Positions 27,017 to 36,692 of a DNA stretch of 64,000 bases are shown one piece after another. Position numbers and translations under genes: made by a program. Positions within the stretch are counted from its first letter, which is position 1. Every line of letters starts with the position of its first letter. The notes below the pieces were generated by a model that was not told where the DNA came from, did not search any database, and saw only the letters and a list, made by a program, of their open reading frames with translations. Origin of the DNA: a virus; IMG/VR virus record IMGVR_UViG_3300012922_000006, positions 27,598-91,597 of that record; one strand, 5' to 3'.

Positions 27017-29784
27017 GGACGCGACGTATGCCGCCGGCGCTCCCACGTCACCCACGCCTTCGCCGTGTCGACGACCCCGCCCCTGTCCTGCGTGAACGCG
27101 CCGCACACGCGGAGCACGCGCCCGCACGGGAGCGCGACGCTCGCCTGGTACCCACCCGCGGGCTGCTCGCGCACGCTGATCGTCACGGGGCCCACGGGCG
27201 CGAGAGTCGAGGCCCGGGCCTCGACTTGGTTCGCGGACGGGAGCGCGGGGGGCATCCGCCGTGGCGACTCCGGCGCGCGGATCCCGACGTCGACGCGCAC
27301 CGACTTCTTCCTGTCGAGCACGTCGCCGCCGAGCAGCAGCACCTGCCCCGGGAGCACGCGCCCGCTCCCACGCGGCTTCTGCGGCCTCACGCGCAGCCAC
27401 CGCTCCCAGTCGTGGTCCGGGAACGCGCACTCGAGCAGGCGCTGCGTCGGCGGGTACACGAGCGACTCCCAGAGGTAGTAGCGGTCCGCCTCCGCGCCCG
27501 TGTAGTCCTCCGCCGGGATCACCTTCATCGGCGACCCGCTCGCGTCGGTCACCACGTACTCGACGCGCGTGCCCGCGCGCACGTCCTGCCCGCGCGCCGC
27601 GAGCACCCTCGCGACCTGCACGTGCGGCGGCGGCTCCGTCCACGTCCCGTCCTTCTTCTGCTTCACCTTGTACTCGCGCAGGTCCTTCAGGCTCGCGCTC
27701 TTCGACACCTTCTCGAGCGGCAGCTCGCCCTCCAGCACCTGCTCGCGCACGCGCGAGATCACCGCGTGGTAGCGCTCCAGGTCGCGCGTCGGCACCTGCC
27801 CTCGGTCGATGCCCATGCGCCCGACGAGCAGGTCGATCACGTGCGCCTGCATCTCCGTCGCCGTCTTGTTCGCGTCGCCGCGCCGCCACTCGAGGCCCTT
27901 GATCTCCGGCGCGCTCTCGTCCGTCGCCGGCTTCCCGTCTGCGCTCAAGTACCTCGCCACGTATCGCTTGGCCGCCGTGAACACGAGCAGCTCGTACGTC
28001 TTCTCGAACGCGAGCTTGATCGCACTCGTCGTGCACCCGATGCTCTTCATCAACTGGGGGAAGAGTTCCTTGTTCGACGCGGACACGAACGCGAGGAACT
28101 CCTCCTCACTCGGCCCGATCAGGTAGCCAGAATCCGTGTCAGAAAATACGGCTTCAGCCTTCGCGCACGACCGCCACTCGTGCGCCTCCGCCGCCTCGAT
28201 CGTCTTCCGGATCAACCACTGCGCCGTCTGCGTGATCGACTCGCCGATCTGCCTGTCGAAGTGCCGCGAGTAGAACGACGACACGACGCCGAAGAAGGAG
28301 TTCGCCATGACCTTCATGGCCGTCGAGAGGCGGTCCCACGCGTGCCACTCAGGCGTGCCGATGGGGCACTTTTTCTTCTCGTCGCTGTAGTGCTTCCGCA
28401 ACCTGATCAGCTCAGCGATCGCGAACGTCAGGATCCCCTGCTCTGTCACGTCGAAGCAGACGCCCGTGCCAGGCGCGCGACACATGCCCTCTGGGACCAG
28501 ACCGTTCACGGGCCCGAGCCGCTTCGTCTCCGGGCTCATGTTGAGCGTCTGGATGATGCTCGGGTAGAGGCTCTTGAAGTCGAAGACGTGAACGTTCTCA
28601 AGGATCCCGTCCGCCATCCCCCGGGCCTTGCGCCACGCCGCGCTGAGCGACTTCGGCTGCATGACGTACGCGCCTCGGAACTTCTCCGGCTTCTCCAGGT
28701 ACGTCTTCGTCGGGAACCGGTAGTCGCGCTCACTGCCGAGGCGCATCAGGTACCCGTCGACCTGGTGCGTCGGGTTCAGCGACGCCGAGTCCGCGAAGAT
28801 CCCGCACGCGCTCGTCATCACGTGGAACAGCTCGATGAAGCCCGTCTCCTCCTCGATCAGGCGGAGGAGGTCCGTGTCCTCGACGTTGTACTGGAGCAGC
28901 AGCTCTCGGAACGCGCCGCCCGCGGCCCAGAGGTCCCACGCGAGCGCGCCGAGCGGCTTGTTCCCGAAGCGCTCCACCACCCACGGGGGCGCCTTGAGCT
29001 TCCCCCTGCCCGTGATCGCCTGCCCGACGTCCTCGAGCTTCATGCTCCGCTTCTCGTCGCCGCTCTTCGCCGCCGTGTTCAGGCGGTCGACGACGTCGAG
29101 GTGGTCGACCCAGAGGACGCGCCTCGCCTCCGCGCGGATGCCCCGCCTGCGCGAGCGCTCGAAGATGACGGGGAAGTCGAAGCCGTCTCCCTTGATGCGC
29201 GTGTCGCCGCCGTTCCACGCGACGACCTGGTCGTAGTCGCGGACCTCCTCCCAGAACCACTCGAGCAGCACCTTCTCCGCCGCGTCGCTGTCCTCCGCGA
29301 GGAGCCTGCCCTCCCTCCGCGCCCCGTCCGCGCTGACGACCGCGACGCAGAGGACGCGCATCTCCTCCTTCTCGGAGAAGGGCACGCGCGAGTCGGTCTC
29401 GATGTCGACGTAGCAGCGGCGCGGCTTCGCGATCCGCGGCTTCCTGTCGACGAGCCAGCGCTCGACCGGCCTCACGTCCGCCTCGTAGCTGACCACCCCC
29501 GCTTGCACGAGCGGCGACTGCCCGTCGGTCGTCATCAGCTCGCGCTCGCGGCGCCCGCGCCACTGGATGCGCCACCACGACCCGTCCGGCCGCATGCTCC
29601 GCACCACCCGCGACGCCTTGAGCATCCGCTCCACCGCCGGCGTCACCTCGTCGCGCCGGCAGAAGCTCACCCACTCCGCCGGAGCGCGGTGGCCGACCAC
29701 GCGCCCGTCCTCCCTGCGGTGCACGAGGACCAGCGTGTCCTCGTCCTCCAAGTACGCGTTTAGGTACTCCCGATCGTCGGCCAT
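27013..29784 (-). CDS. polB: DNA polymerase family B
   Basis: DIET and FDFP exonuclease motifs, YNVED, DFKSLYPSII, KVMANSFFG, SDTDS, KRY, IKGLE. Confidence 0.95.
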   Translation of the reverse strand: MADDREYLNAYLEDEDTLVLVHRREDGRVVGHRAPAEWVSFCRRDEVTPAVERMLKASRVVRSMRPDGSWWRIQWRGRRERELMTTDGQSPLVQAGVVSYEADVRPVERWLVDRKPRIAKPRRCYVDIETDSRVPFSEKEEMRVLCVAVVSADGARREGRLLAEDSDAAEKVLLEWFWEEVRDYDQVVAWNGGDTRIKGDGFDFPVIFERSRRRGIRAEARRVLWVDHLDVVDRLNTAAKSGDEKRSMKLEDVGQAITGRGKLKAPPWVVERFGNKPLGALAWDLWAAGGAFRELLLQYNVEDTDLLRLIEEETGFIELFHVMTSACGIFADSASLNPTHQVDGYLMRLGSERDYRFPTKTYLEKPEKFRGAYVMQPKSLSAAWRKARGMADGILENVHVFDFKSLYPSIIQTLNMSPETKRLGPVNGLVPEGMCRAPGTGVCFDVTEQGILTFAIAELIRLRKHYSDEKKKCPIGTPEWHAWDRLSTAMKVMANSFFGVVSSFYSRHFDRQIGESITQTAQWLIRKTIEAAEAHEWRSCAKAEAVFSDTDSGYLIGPSEEEFLAFVSASNKELFPQLMKSIGCTTSAIKLAFEKTYELLVFTAAKRYVARYLSADGKPATDESAPEIKGLEWRRGDANKTATEMQAHVIDLLVGRMGIDRGQVPTRDLERYHAVISRVREQVLEGELPLEKVSKSASLKDLREYKVKQKKDGTWTEPPPHVQVARVLAARGQDVRAGTRVEYVVTDASGSPMKVIPAEDYTGAEADRYYLWESLVYPPTQRLLECAFPDHDWERWLRVRPQKPRGSGRVLPGQVLLLGGDVLDRKKSVRVDVGIRAPESPRRMPPALPSANQVEARASTLAPVGPVTISVREQPAGGYQASVALPCGRVLRVCGAFTQDRGGVVDTAKAWVTWERRRHTSRP
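27205..27226. repeat. 22-bp palindrome, copy 6 (in the polB C-terminal extension, VEARAST)
   Basis: exact match. Confidence 0.97.
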
Positions 29785-29980
29785 GGGCCCCGACTATGCC
29801 GCTACCGCACGTGCCTCACCCCGCACCGGCACTGGTGCACCCGGACCGTCGCGGTGCCGGGCGCGCCCTCACCCGGCCACTCGAGGACGACGCCGCACCT
29901 GCACCGGAAGCGGCGCCTCGTGACCGGCGCTTCCTGGACGACCGACGTCTGCTTCATGGGGTCGCGAGGCTAGCAGCCCC

Positions 29981-31099
29981 TCACTCGTCCTCGACCCGCC
30001 GCGTGTTCACGCGCAGCTCCAGCTCCCCACCCGCGCCCGACGGCACGACCGTGAACTGCATCACGACGCCCGGCTGCAGCTGCATCCACCCCCACGGCAC
30101 GTCGCCGAGCTTCTTCGCCCGCGTCCCCGCCTTCGGGTCCGGGTTCTTCATGTCCATCGACGCCTTCTTGAAGAGCTTCACGCGCTGCGCGCCGACGATG
30201 TTCGCGACGGTGATCTTCTTCTGCGCCTTGGCGTTGCCCGTGTCCGCGCGCTCCTCCGCGGGCATCGCCTTGTGGCCGCCCTTCGGCACCACGTTGCCCG
30301 TGTCGCTGCGCACCGTGGTCTCGCGCGTCGCGTTCGCGCTGCGCACCGCCTTCTCGATGTCGCGCTTCGAGGCACCCGCCTTGATCTGCTCCTCGAGCCG
30401 CTTGCGGTCCTCGGGCGGCGCCTGCAGCGCGAGCAGCAGCTTCTTCGTCCCGAACTGGGTGACCAGGTCGCGCGTGTAGTTCCGCGACGTGCGCATCAGC
30501 TCGCGCGCGTTGCCGGGCGTCATCAGCAGCTCGGCGTGGCAGAAGGCCTCGAAGCTGTTCCACCGCTGCTTGGTCCCCAGCTCGTTGAGGCGGAGCATCC
30601 AGAGCCCCTCGTCCTTCATCCGGTTCAGCTCGTTGCCAAGCTCCCAGAGGGCGACCGCGCCCGCCGTCTTCAGCACCGTGATGCGCGCGACGCGCGCGTC
30701 TAGATCGGTCTCGCTCGCGCGCCCGCTGATGAACGACGCCTTCGCAGGAGCGACCTTCACGATCGCCGTCGTGGGCTCCGGGCGCGAGTCGGCCCGCGTG
30801 AGCGCGTCCGGGTCCTCCTCCGCGGAGTCGCCGGCGAACTTGCAGAACGGGCAAGACTCGAGAACGCCCGGCGACGGACCGCTGCAGTGCGAGCAGTCGA
30901 CGAGAGCCTCCGTCTTGGTCGTGCGCCGGAAGAAGCTGATCAGGTCGCGCGCGCGCCCCTCCGGGTTCTTCTTCTTGTCGTAGGGGTTGGCCTTCAGGAC
31001 CAGCGCCTGCGCGTCCATGTACTTCGCGTCGACCTTCGACGGGTCGAACGCCTTCTCCTCGTCAGACACCGCGACCACCACGCCGTTCGTCGTGCCCAT
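29981..31099 (-). CDS. putative DNA-binding protein: zinc ribbon plus DUF3102-like helical domain
   Basis: CSHC...CPFC; LWELGNEL...WNSFEAFC..EL.MTPGNARELMR. Confidence 0.6.
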   Translation of the reverse strand: MGTTNGVVVAVSDEEKAFDPSKVDAKYMDAQALVLKANPYDKKKNPEGRARDLISFFRRTTKTEALVDCSHCSGPSPGVLESCPFCKFAGDSAEEDPDALTRADSRPEPTTAIVKVAPAKASFISGRASETDLDARVARITVLKTAGAVALWELGNELNRMKDEGLWMLRLNELGTKQRWNSFEAFCHAELLMTPGNARELMRTSRNYTRDLVTQFGTKKLLLALQAPPEDRKRLEEQIKAGASKRDIEKAVRSANATRETTVRSDTGNVVPKGGHKAMPAEERADTGNAKAQKKITVANIVGAQRVKLFKKASMDMKNPDPKAGTRAKKLGDVPWGWMQLQPGVVMQFTVVPSGAGGELELRVNTRRVEDE

Positions 31100-31144
31100 G
31101 TTCTTCCTCGCCTCCTGTTTTCGTCCCGCACCTGATGCCGCCGG

Positions 31145-31166
31145 AGTCGAGGCCCGGGCCTCGACT
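31145..31166. repeat. 22-bp palindrome, copy 7 (between the sigma gene and 29981..31099)
   Basis: exact match. Confidence 0.97.
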
Positions 31167-31172
31167 CGCTAC

Positions 31173-31802
31173 TCACGCGGCATGGAGGCGCCGCGCCACC
31201 GCCGCAGCCGCCCCGACCACCGCCTCCACCACCGCGCGCCGCGGACCCCGCGCGCGCGCCACCACCGACTCGATCGTCTCCCCCCGCCGCAGGCACCGGA
31301 CCACGTGCGCCTCGATGGCCGATTCGCACGCCGCCTCCGCTGCCGCCTCGCGCTCCGACTCCGCCACCGCGTCCTCCGCCGTGTAGTCGACCCGCACGCG
31401 CCGCTCCCACCAGCTCCCGTCGTCCGCGTCCTCGCCCTGCTTCGCGTACGAGGAGAGCGGCCGCTCGGCGTGCGACGGGTTGCTGTCCGCGTTCCCCGAG
31501 AGCTTCGCGCCGCGCGCCTTGTGCGCCCGCTTCTTCGCCTTGTCGAACGCGTTGTAGACCACGTACGCGCCGAGCGTGGTGCCCCTGTCCGGCTCCCACT
31601 TCCAGGTGAAGTCGGCGACGGCGAGCAGCATGTCCTGCTCGACGTCCTCCCGCGCCACCCACGCGGGCTGGCGCCACCGGCGCATCAGGATCGCCGCCTG
31701 CCTGCGCCAGAGCGTCGCCGTGCGGCGCGCGAACTGAGTGAACGTGATCCTCCCGTCGCGCAGCAGCGCGAACGACTCCTCGTGCTCGTCGTCGATCCTC
31801 AT
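31173..31802 (-). CDS. sigma70-like factor (region 2 recognisable)
   Basis: EDVEQDMLLAVADFTWKWEPDRGTTLGAYV resembles the region-2 pattern DLxQ...KFDPxRG..FxTY. Confidence 0.7.
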   Translation of the reverse strand: MRIDDEHEESFALLRDGRITFTQFARRTATLWRRQAAILMRRWRQPAWVAREDVEQDMLLAVADFTWKWEPDRGTTLGAYVVYNAFDKAKKRAHKARGAKLSGNADSNPSHAERPLSSYAKQGEDADDGSWWERRVRVDYTAEDAVAESEREAAAEAACESAIEAHVVRCLRRGETIESVVARARGPRRAVVEAVVGAAAAVARRLHAA

Positions 31803-31882
31803 TGGCCGCAGCCTCCTCCGCCGCGCCCCGGGCGCGACACCTCGAACGTTGCTCCCAGCTCGACCGAAAAGGAAGCGAAAAG

Positions 31883-32362
31883 TCACCCGCCGACCCGCGC
31901 CTCCACCCACTCCGCGAACGCAGACCGCTCCTCGGGAAGCAGGCGCGAGAACGCCGCCGTCGCCTCCCGCCACCGACTCGTGCGCGGCGTGCGCGCGTCC
32001 TTCATCCCGATCGTGTCGATGTATTCGACGAGCGCCTCTCGCGTCGCGCCCGCGTCGAGCATCGCGAGCAGGGCGGGGGCGTGACTCTCCGGCACCCTGT
32101 CCACGAGCTTGAGCTTCGACACGCCGTGCCTGGCCACCTGCGCCGCGGTGAACCGGTCGCTCACGCGCATCAGCTCCGTCGTCCACTGCGGCGACATGCG
32201 GAGCCACCCGCGCGCGAACTCGGTCCAACTAGAAGCGACCTCCAACCACTCCTGCCCGTCGTGGATGACCCGCAGCTTCCGCCCGAGCTTCCACGCGAGG
32301 TTCGCCGACTCCTTCTCGATCTCCCTGATCTCGGAGATCGCCCTCTCCAACGACTTACCCAC
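31883..32362 (-). CDS. DUF3102-like protein, paralog of the 29981..31099 domain
   Basis: AWKLGRKL...SWTEFARGWLRMSPQWTTELMRVS..FT...V..HG..KL. Confidence 0.6.
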   Translation of the reverse strand: MGKSLERAISEIREIEKESANLAWKLGRKLRVIHDGQEWLEVASSWTEFARGWLRMSPQWTTELMRVSDRFTAAQVARHGVSKLKLVDRVPESHAPALLAMLDAGATREALVEYIDTIGMKDARTPRTSRWREATAAFSRLLPEERSAFAEWVEARVGG

Positions 32363-32400
32363 GACTCCCTCCGTCTGCGCCCGCGGGCGCCCTCACGACC

Positions 32401-32439
32401 AGAGAAAATGCGGGCCGCGACTTGGTCACCGCGGCCCGC
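32401..32439 (-). terminator. intrinsic terminator
   Basis: GCGGGCCGCG/CGCGGCCCGC stem followed by ATTTTCTCT, just after the DUF932 gene. Confidence 0.7.
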
Positions 32440-32448
32440 CCCACTACG

Positions 32449-33603
32449 TCACTCGTCGCGCACGGCCTTGTCGCGGCGACCGTCGAGCACCTCGCCCGCG
32501 AGGCGCTGCAGGTCGAGCTTCCGCTCCGGGTCGACGCCCTCCCCGTTCGCGATCCAGCTGAGCGCGTTCGAGGCGCGCCACGCCGTCTTGCCCGGCGGGA
32601 GGTTGATCACGTCCGCCGAGTTGAACGCGTCCTTCACGAGCTTCTGCTCCGTCTTGTTGAGGCGATTCGAGACACTGTGCATGAAGGCGTTCGCGTCGAC
32701 CTCCCTCGCGTGCGCCTCGCGGAGCAGCGCGAGGTTCGTGTCGATCTTCGCGGGCCCGAGCGCGCCGCGCACCACGTCGCGGAGCGCGCTCACCTGCGCC
32801 TGCGTGTCCAGCTCGTACGTCCTCTCGCTGAAGGTGTAGTCGTCCGAGAGGCGCGCCCCCGTGTGCACCTGCGAGAGCACGTCCTCCATGGTCGCGCCGT
32901 TCGTGCACCAGAGGCGCAGCATGAACGTCCGCATCCAGTGCTTCGCCGCACCGAAGTCGCTGTTCCCCCACTCCGCGCCGAAGCAGAGGATCTCGCCCTC
33001 GAAGGGCTGGTAGACCGTCGGGATGATCGCGCGGAGGCTCACGCGCGTGTCCGTCACGACGCCCTCGTAGGGCTGCGCGCCGACCTTCTGGCACTCCTCG
33101 ACGAACGCGTCGAGCGTCGGGCGCGAGTCGATCCGGCGGTAGCGGTCCGAGAGGAAGCCGCGCGCCTCGCCGTTGATCGACCGGACCAGGAAGCGCTTCT
33201 TACTCGCGTCCTCCTGGCGCACCTCGCGCGGCTGGTGGAAGTGCTCGTTGAGGACCTGCGCCGCCAGCTCGTGGCGCCACGCCTCGGGCGCCGTCGCCAG
33301 CTCGTTGACGAAGCTCGCCGGGAGGCCCGCGCGCTCCGAGAGCTGCGAGAGCGCGTGGCGGTGCACGCGGCGCTCCGTGCCGTCCCAGCCGACCACCAGC
33401 CCCGCGCCGTTCGCGCGGAACGCAAGCCTCTGCGCGGGGACGACCGCGTCCTCGGGGATCGCGGACTGGACGTGCTCGATCAGCTTCACCGCCGACGCGA
33501 GCTTCGCCTTGACCTGGTTGGCGAGGATGTCCCGGCCGATCCGGTTCGCCTCCGCCTGCGAGACTCCGGGGTGGGCGTGCGTGTTGAGCGTTCCGTGGTT
33601 CAT
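32449..33603 (-). CDS. DUF932-family protein
   Basis: RGFLSDRYRRID...NSDFG...RLWCTNGA...HTG. Confidence 0.75.
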   Translation of the reverse strand: MNHGTLNTHAHPGVSQAEANRIGRDILANQVKAKLASAVKLIEHVQSAIPEDAVVPAQRLAFRANGAGLVVGWDGTERRVHRHALSQLSERAGLPASFVNELATAPEAWRHELAAQVLNEHFHQPREVRQEDASKKRFLVRSINGEARGFLSDRYRRIDSRPTLDAFVEECQKVGAQPYEGVVTDTRVSLRAIIPTVYQPFEGEILCFGAEWGNSDFGAAKHWMRTFMLRLWCTNGATMEDVLSQVHTGARLSDDYTFSERTYELDTQAQVSALRDVVRGALGPAKIDTNLALLREAHAREVDANAFMHSVSNRLNKTEQKLVKDAFNSADVINLPPGKTAWRASNALSWIANGEGVDPERKLDLQRLAGEVLDGRRDKAVRDE

Positions 33604-34075
33604 GAGTGACTCCTGTTCTTCCTGCGTCCGGGCCGCGTGTTGCGGCGCCGCGCTTGGTGCCCCCGATCCCGCTCGGGGATCCGGAGGCACCGGGCGCGAC
33701 TCCTCACTTCTTCAGTCGCTCGGGCCGCACCGTGTCCGCGGCGCGCACCTCGGGCGCCGACTCCTCACCAACGTGCCGCCAATCCGAGAACACCTCGGGC
33801 ACCGGCTGCACCGCGAGGAGCCTCCGCTCGCTCTGGCGCCGCGCCTCCTCGGTGCGGCCCGGGACGATGCAGCGACTCATCGCGAGCGCTCCTCGACCAC
33901 CACCTCGAACCGGTCGACGCGACCTTCCGCGTTCACCCACTCGCGCACGAGGCGTCGACCGCGGCCCCCGCCGATCTGCTCCCAGAACGTCCGAACCGTG
34001 TGCTCCGTCTTCATCGCCCGCGGGCTCCTTCCGTCTCAGGCCGTCGCTCTCCGCGCCGCGCCTCCGACAACACTC

Positions 34076-34115
34076 ATCCTAGCTGCGAACCGATTACTTG
34101 CTAGTCTTTTTTCTC
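34076..34115 (-). promoter_or_regulatory. promoter: A-tract, TAGCAA-N16-TAGGAT
   Basis: AAAAAAGACTAGCAAG variant of the shared motif. Confidence 0.55.
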
Positions 34116-34404
34116 ATCCCCCGGTCGATTCCCCGGTTCCCTCGCGATCCCCGATGGATGCGGCCAGCTCGAGGAGGCTGTACGCGCGCGGACTCGTCGG
34201 CCGCTCCTCCTCGAACGCGTCCGGCGCGGGGGTCGGCACGTGCCGGATCGTCACCTCCTCGCCGTCCCACTCCGCCCAGTCCCAGTCCAGCTCCTCGTCG
34301 CGACCCTCTCCGTCGTCGGGCATGGCGCCCCCCTCTCCGCGGTCCACGACCCCGCCCAGCGCGCCCCCTCGGGCGAGGCGCGCGGCGGCGAGTCCGCGGG
34401 TCCC

Positions 34405-34734
34405 TCAGAGGGTAGTGCGCCCGCGCTTGCCGACGACGACCGTGCCCTTCGGGAAGCTCGCGACGATGTACTTCCAGAGCGCCTTGCGACGCGCGACCGG
34501 CACGTGGGCCTTCATCGTGTTCGACGTGCCCTGCGCGACGTCTATCCGCCCGGCGATGGCGGACACCTTCTCGGCGAAAACCTTCACCCACGGCGAGGTC
34601 ACGAACAGCTCGTCGCCGCGCTCCACGATGATCACCAGCGGCACCTGCGGGGGCACGGGCGCGTCCGTGAGACACTCGGGCGCCTTCGGCTCCCCCTCGC
34701 GCACCGACCGCAGCCAGGCCAGCGCGGCGCTCAC
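34405..34734 (-). CDS. hypothetical protein
   Basis: ORF coupled to the upstream gene. Confidence 0.5.
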   Translation of the reverse strand: MSAALAWLRSVREGEPKAPECLTDAPVPPQVPLVIIVERGDELFVTSPWVKVFAEKVSAIAGRIDVAQGTSNTMKAHVPVARRKALWKYIVASFPKGTVVVGKRGRTTL

Positions 34735-35048
34735 GACACGACCTCGTCACTCGCCACGGCCTCGATCAGCGCGAGCGCGTCGCGGTAGTCGTCCGTGTCG
34801 AGCGCACGCAGGCGCGAGAGAAGCCTGTCGTCGACCCAGTTGTCCGGCTGCCCCCACGAGACGAACACGTGCCGGCAGAACAGCGACCGGACGAGCGTGA
34901 CCTCCCCCTCGACCATCTCGCCGCTCGCGAGCGTCACCGTCACGTCGACGTCCACGCCGCCGTCCACCCCCGTCGCCGTCGGGCGCGCGTAGCACGCGAC
35001 CACCGACGACACCCCGCACACCGGGTCCCTCACGCTGAACTGGTCCAT
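34731..35048 (-). CDS. hypothetical protein
   Basis: first ORF after the promoter at 35110. Confidence 0.5.
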   Translation of the reverse strand: MDQFSVRDPVCGVSSVVACYARPTATGVDGGVDVDVTVTLASGEMVEGEVTLVRSLFCRHVFVSWGQPDNWVDDRLLSRLRALDTDDYRDALALIEAVASDEVVS

Positions 35049-35109
35049 GGCCCTCGGGCCTCCTTCCGCCTCAGGCCCCGCACCTCCGCGAGCGCCGTCG
35101 ACGGAGGAG

Positions 35110-35150
35110 AGCTTAGGTCCGCCCGGCACTACTTGCAAGTCTTTTTATTC
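35110..35150 (-). promoter_or_regulatory. sigma70-type promoter: A-tract, TTGCAA-N17-TAAGCT
   Basis: AATAAAAAGACTTGCAAG. Confidence 0.72.
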
Positions 35151-35671
35151 GCCCTGGGCGGGGGCGCGACCACCACGAGGACGACGCCGCACGGCGGTCG
35201 GTTCGCGCGCGGGTTCCTCGCAGCGTCCGACGTCCGCACGCCGAGGAACTTCAGGCGGGCCCGCACGAACTCCGTGGAGACCCCGAGCCCGCGGTCGCGC
35301 ACGGGCTCGACGAGGTCCTGCCACCAGCCCAGCTCCGTGCGGTTCGCCGGGAGGAGCAGCACGGCCCCCAGGCACCCCGCGCGCACCTCCGCGAGCGCCT
35401 TCGCCACCCACGCGCCGCACTCGGACCACGGTGGGTTGCACCACGCGACCTCGCCCGCCCACGACTGCGCGAGCCCGTCCAGCTCCGCGTCGAAGTACCG
35501 CTCGCACTTCGCGTTCCCCGCATCCGCGGCGACGTCGACCGTGAACCCGTGCAGCGCGTCCTGCTGGCGGAAGAACCAGTCCGGCGTCCCGCGCCTGTCC
35601 ACGACGGCGACCGCGCCGCGGTTCTCGACCTGGGGCGGGTGGTTCTCCGCTGCCCTGCCGTGCCGGCCCAA
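35129..35671 (-). CDS. phage Dam-like DNA N6-adenine methyltransferase
   Basis: TPDWFF, FTVDVAA, NAKC, DGLAQSW, WCNPPW, LLPANRT; start uncertain. Confidence 0.88.
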   Translation of the reverse strand: MGRHGRAAENHPPQVENRGAVAVVDRRGTPDWFFRQQDALHGFTVDVAADAGNAKCERYFDAELDGLAQSWAGEVAWCNPPWSECGAWVAKALAEVRAGCLGAVLLLPANRTELGWWQDLVEPVRDRGLGVSTEFVRARLKFLGVRTSDAARNPRANRPPCGVVLVVVAPPPRANKKTCK

Positions 35672-35693
35672 AGTCGAGGCCCGGGCCTCGACT
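35672..35693. repeat. 22-bp palindrome, copy 8 (overlaps the TGA of 35693..36187)
   Basis: exact match. Confidence 0.97.
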
Positions 35694-36187
35694 CAGCCGA
35701 CCGCGCGCGCGAGCCGCGCCGACAGCTCGCTGGCCCGGGCGTAGCTCGCCGCCGTCCGCTCCGAGTGCGCCACGTGCCGCTCGAGCGCCTCGTGCACCGC
35801 GTCCGTCACCGGCCCGACGTCCTCGATGCGCAGGTCCTCGTCCGCCGCGTCGCGCACCGACACGTCGCTCCCGTCGATCTGCGCGACCACGAGCTTCCCG
35901 TCCTGGCTCACGCAGAGCGTCGGCACGCGCCACTCGAGGCGCTCGTCGATCCCCCACTGCCCGGACCCGCCCACGTGCGCGGCGGAGAACTTCCCCGCCG
36001 GCTTCGCGAGGTTCTTCAGGCCGCGCAGCACGTCCCCGGCGATCGCCGCCTGCAGCCGCTCCTCGAGCCCGCGCATCGCCGCGATGGCCGTCGACCGCGC
36101 GTCGTCCCTCTCGGTCATGACTTGCTCGCTCGCGTTGCGGGCGCGCTCGAAGAGCGCGTCCAGGATGATGGTCTTCGCCGCGGACAT
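35693..36187 (-). CDS. hypothetical protein
   Basis: ORF. Confidence 0.55.
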   Translation of the reverse strand: MSAAKTIILDALFERARNASEQVMTERDDARSTAIAAMRGLEERLQAAIAGDVLRGLKNLAKPAGKFSAAHVGGSGQWGIDERLEWRVPTLCVSQDGKLVVAQIDGSDVSVRDAADEDLRIEDVGPVTDAVHEALERHVAHSERTAASYARASELSARLARAVG

Positions 36188-36188
36188 C

Positions 36189-36476
36189 TCACATCCCTGC
36201 CTTCCTCTTCCACCCGAGCCGCTTCTTGGGCCTCCCCCGGACGTACTCACCCCGGTTCTTCGCCCTCTGCTGGATGAGCGCGATCGCCGCCTGCAACTTG
36301 AGTCGCTTGACCCACCGGATCAACGTCGACTCGGCCACATTCAGCACGTAGCAGGCATCCTTCTGCCGCCCCGACACCTCGCGGAACGCCGCGAGCACCC
36401 TCTCCGAAGCTAGCTTCCGCGACTCCTCCGTGTCCTGCCGCACCAGCACGCCGACTTCGTCTCTCTTGTACGCCAC
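36189..36476 (-). CDS. Fis-like HTH protein
   Basis: VLAAFREVSGRQKDACYVLNVAESTLIRWVKRL. Confidence 0.65.
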   Translation of the reverse strand: MAYKRDEVGVLVRQDTEESRKLASERVLAAFREVSGRQKDACYVLNVAESTLIRWVKRLKLQAAIALIQQRAKNRGEYVRGRPKKRLGWKRKAGM

Positions 36477-36692
36477 GGGACACCTATGCCGTCCCCGACC
36501 GTGGCACGCGGAACCGCTCGCGCAGCTCCCTGCGGATGCGCTTCACCTCCTCGCCGAGCTGGAACTCGCCCGCGTAGTGGCACCAGACCCACCACGTCTC
36601 GTCGAGCAGCTTGCACGCCTTGCCCTCGCGCCCGCCCGTGGCGCGGAGCGCGGCGACCATGACCGCCAGCCTCTCCTCCTTGGCGAGCGACG

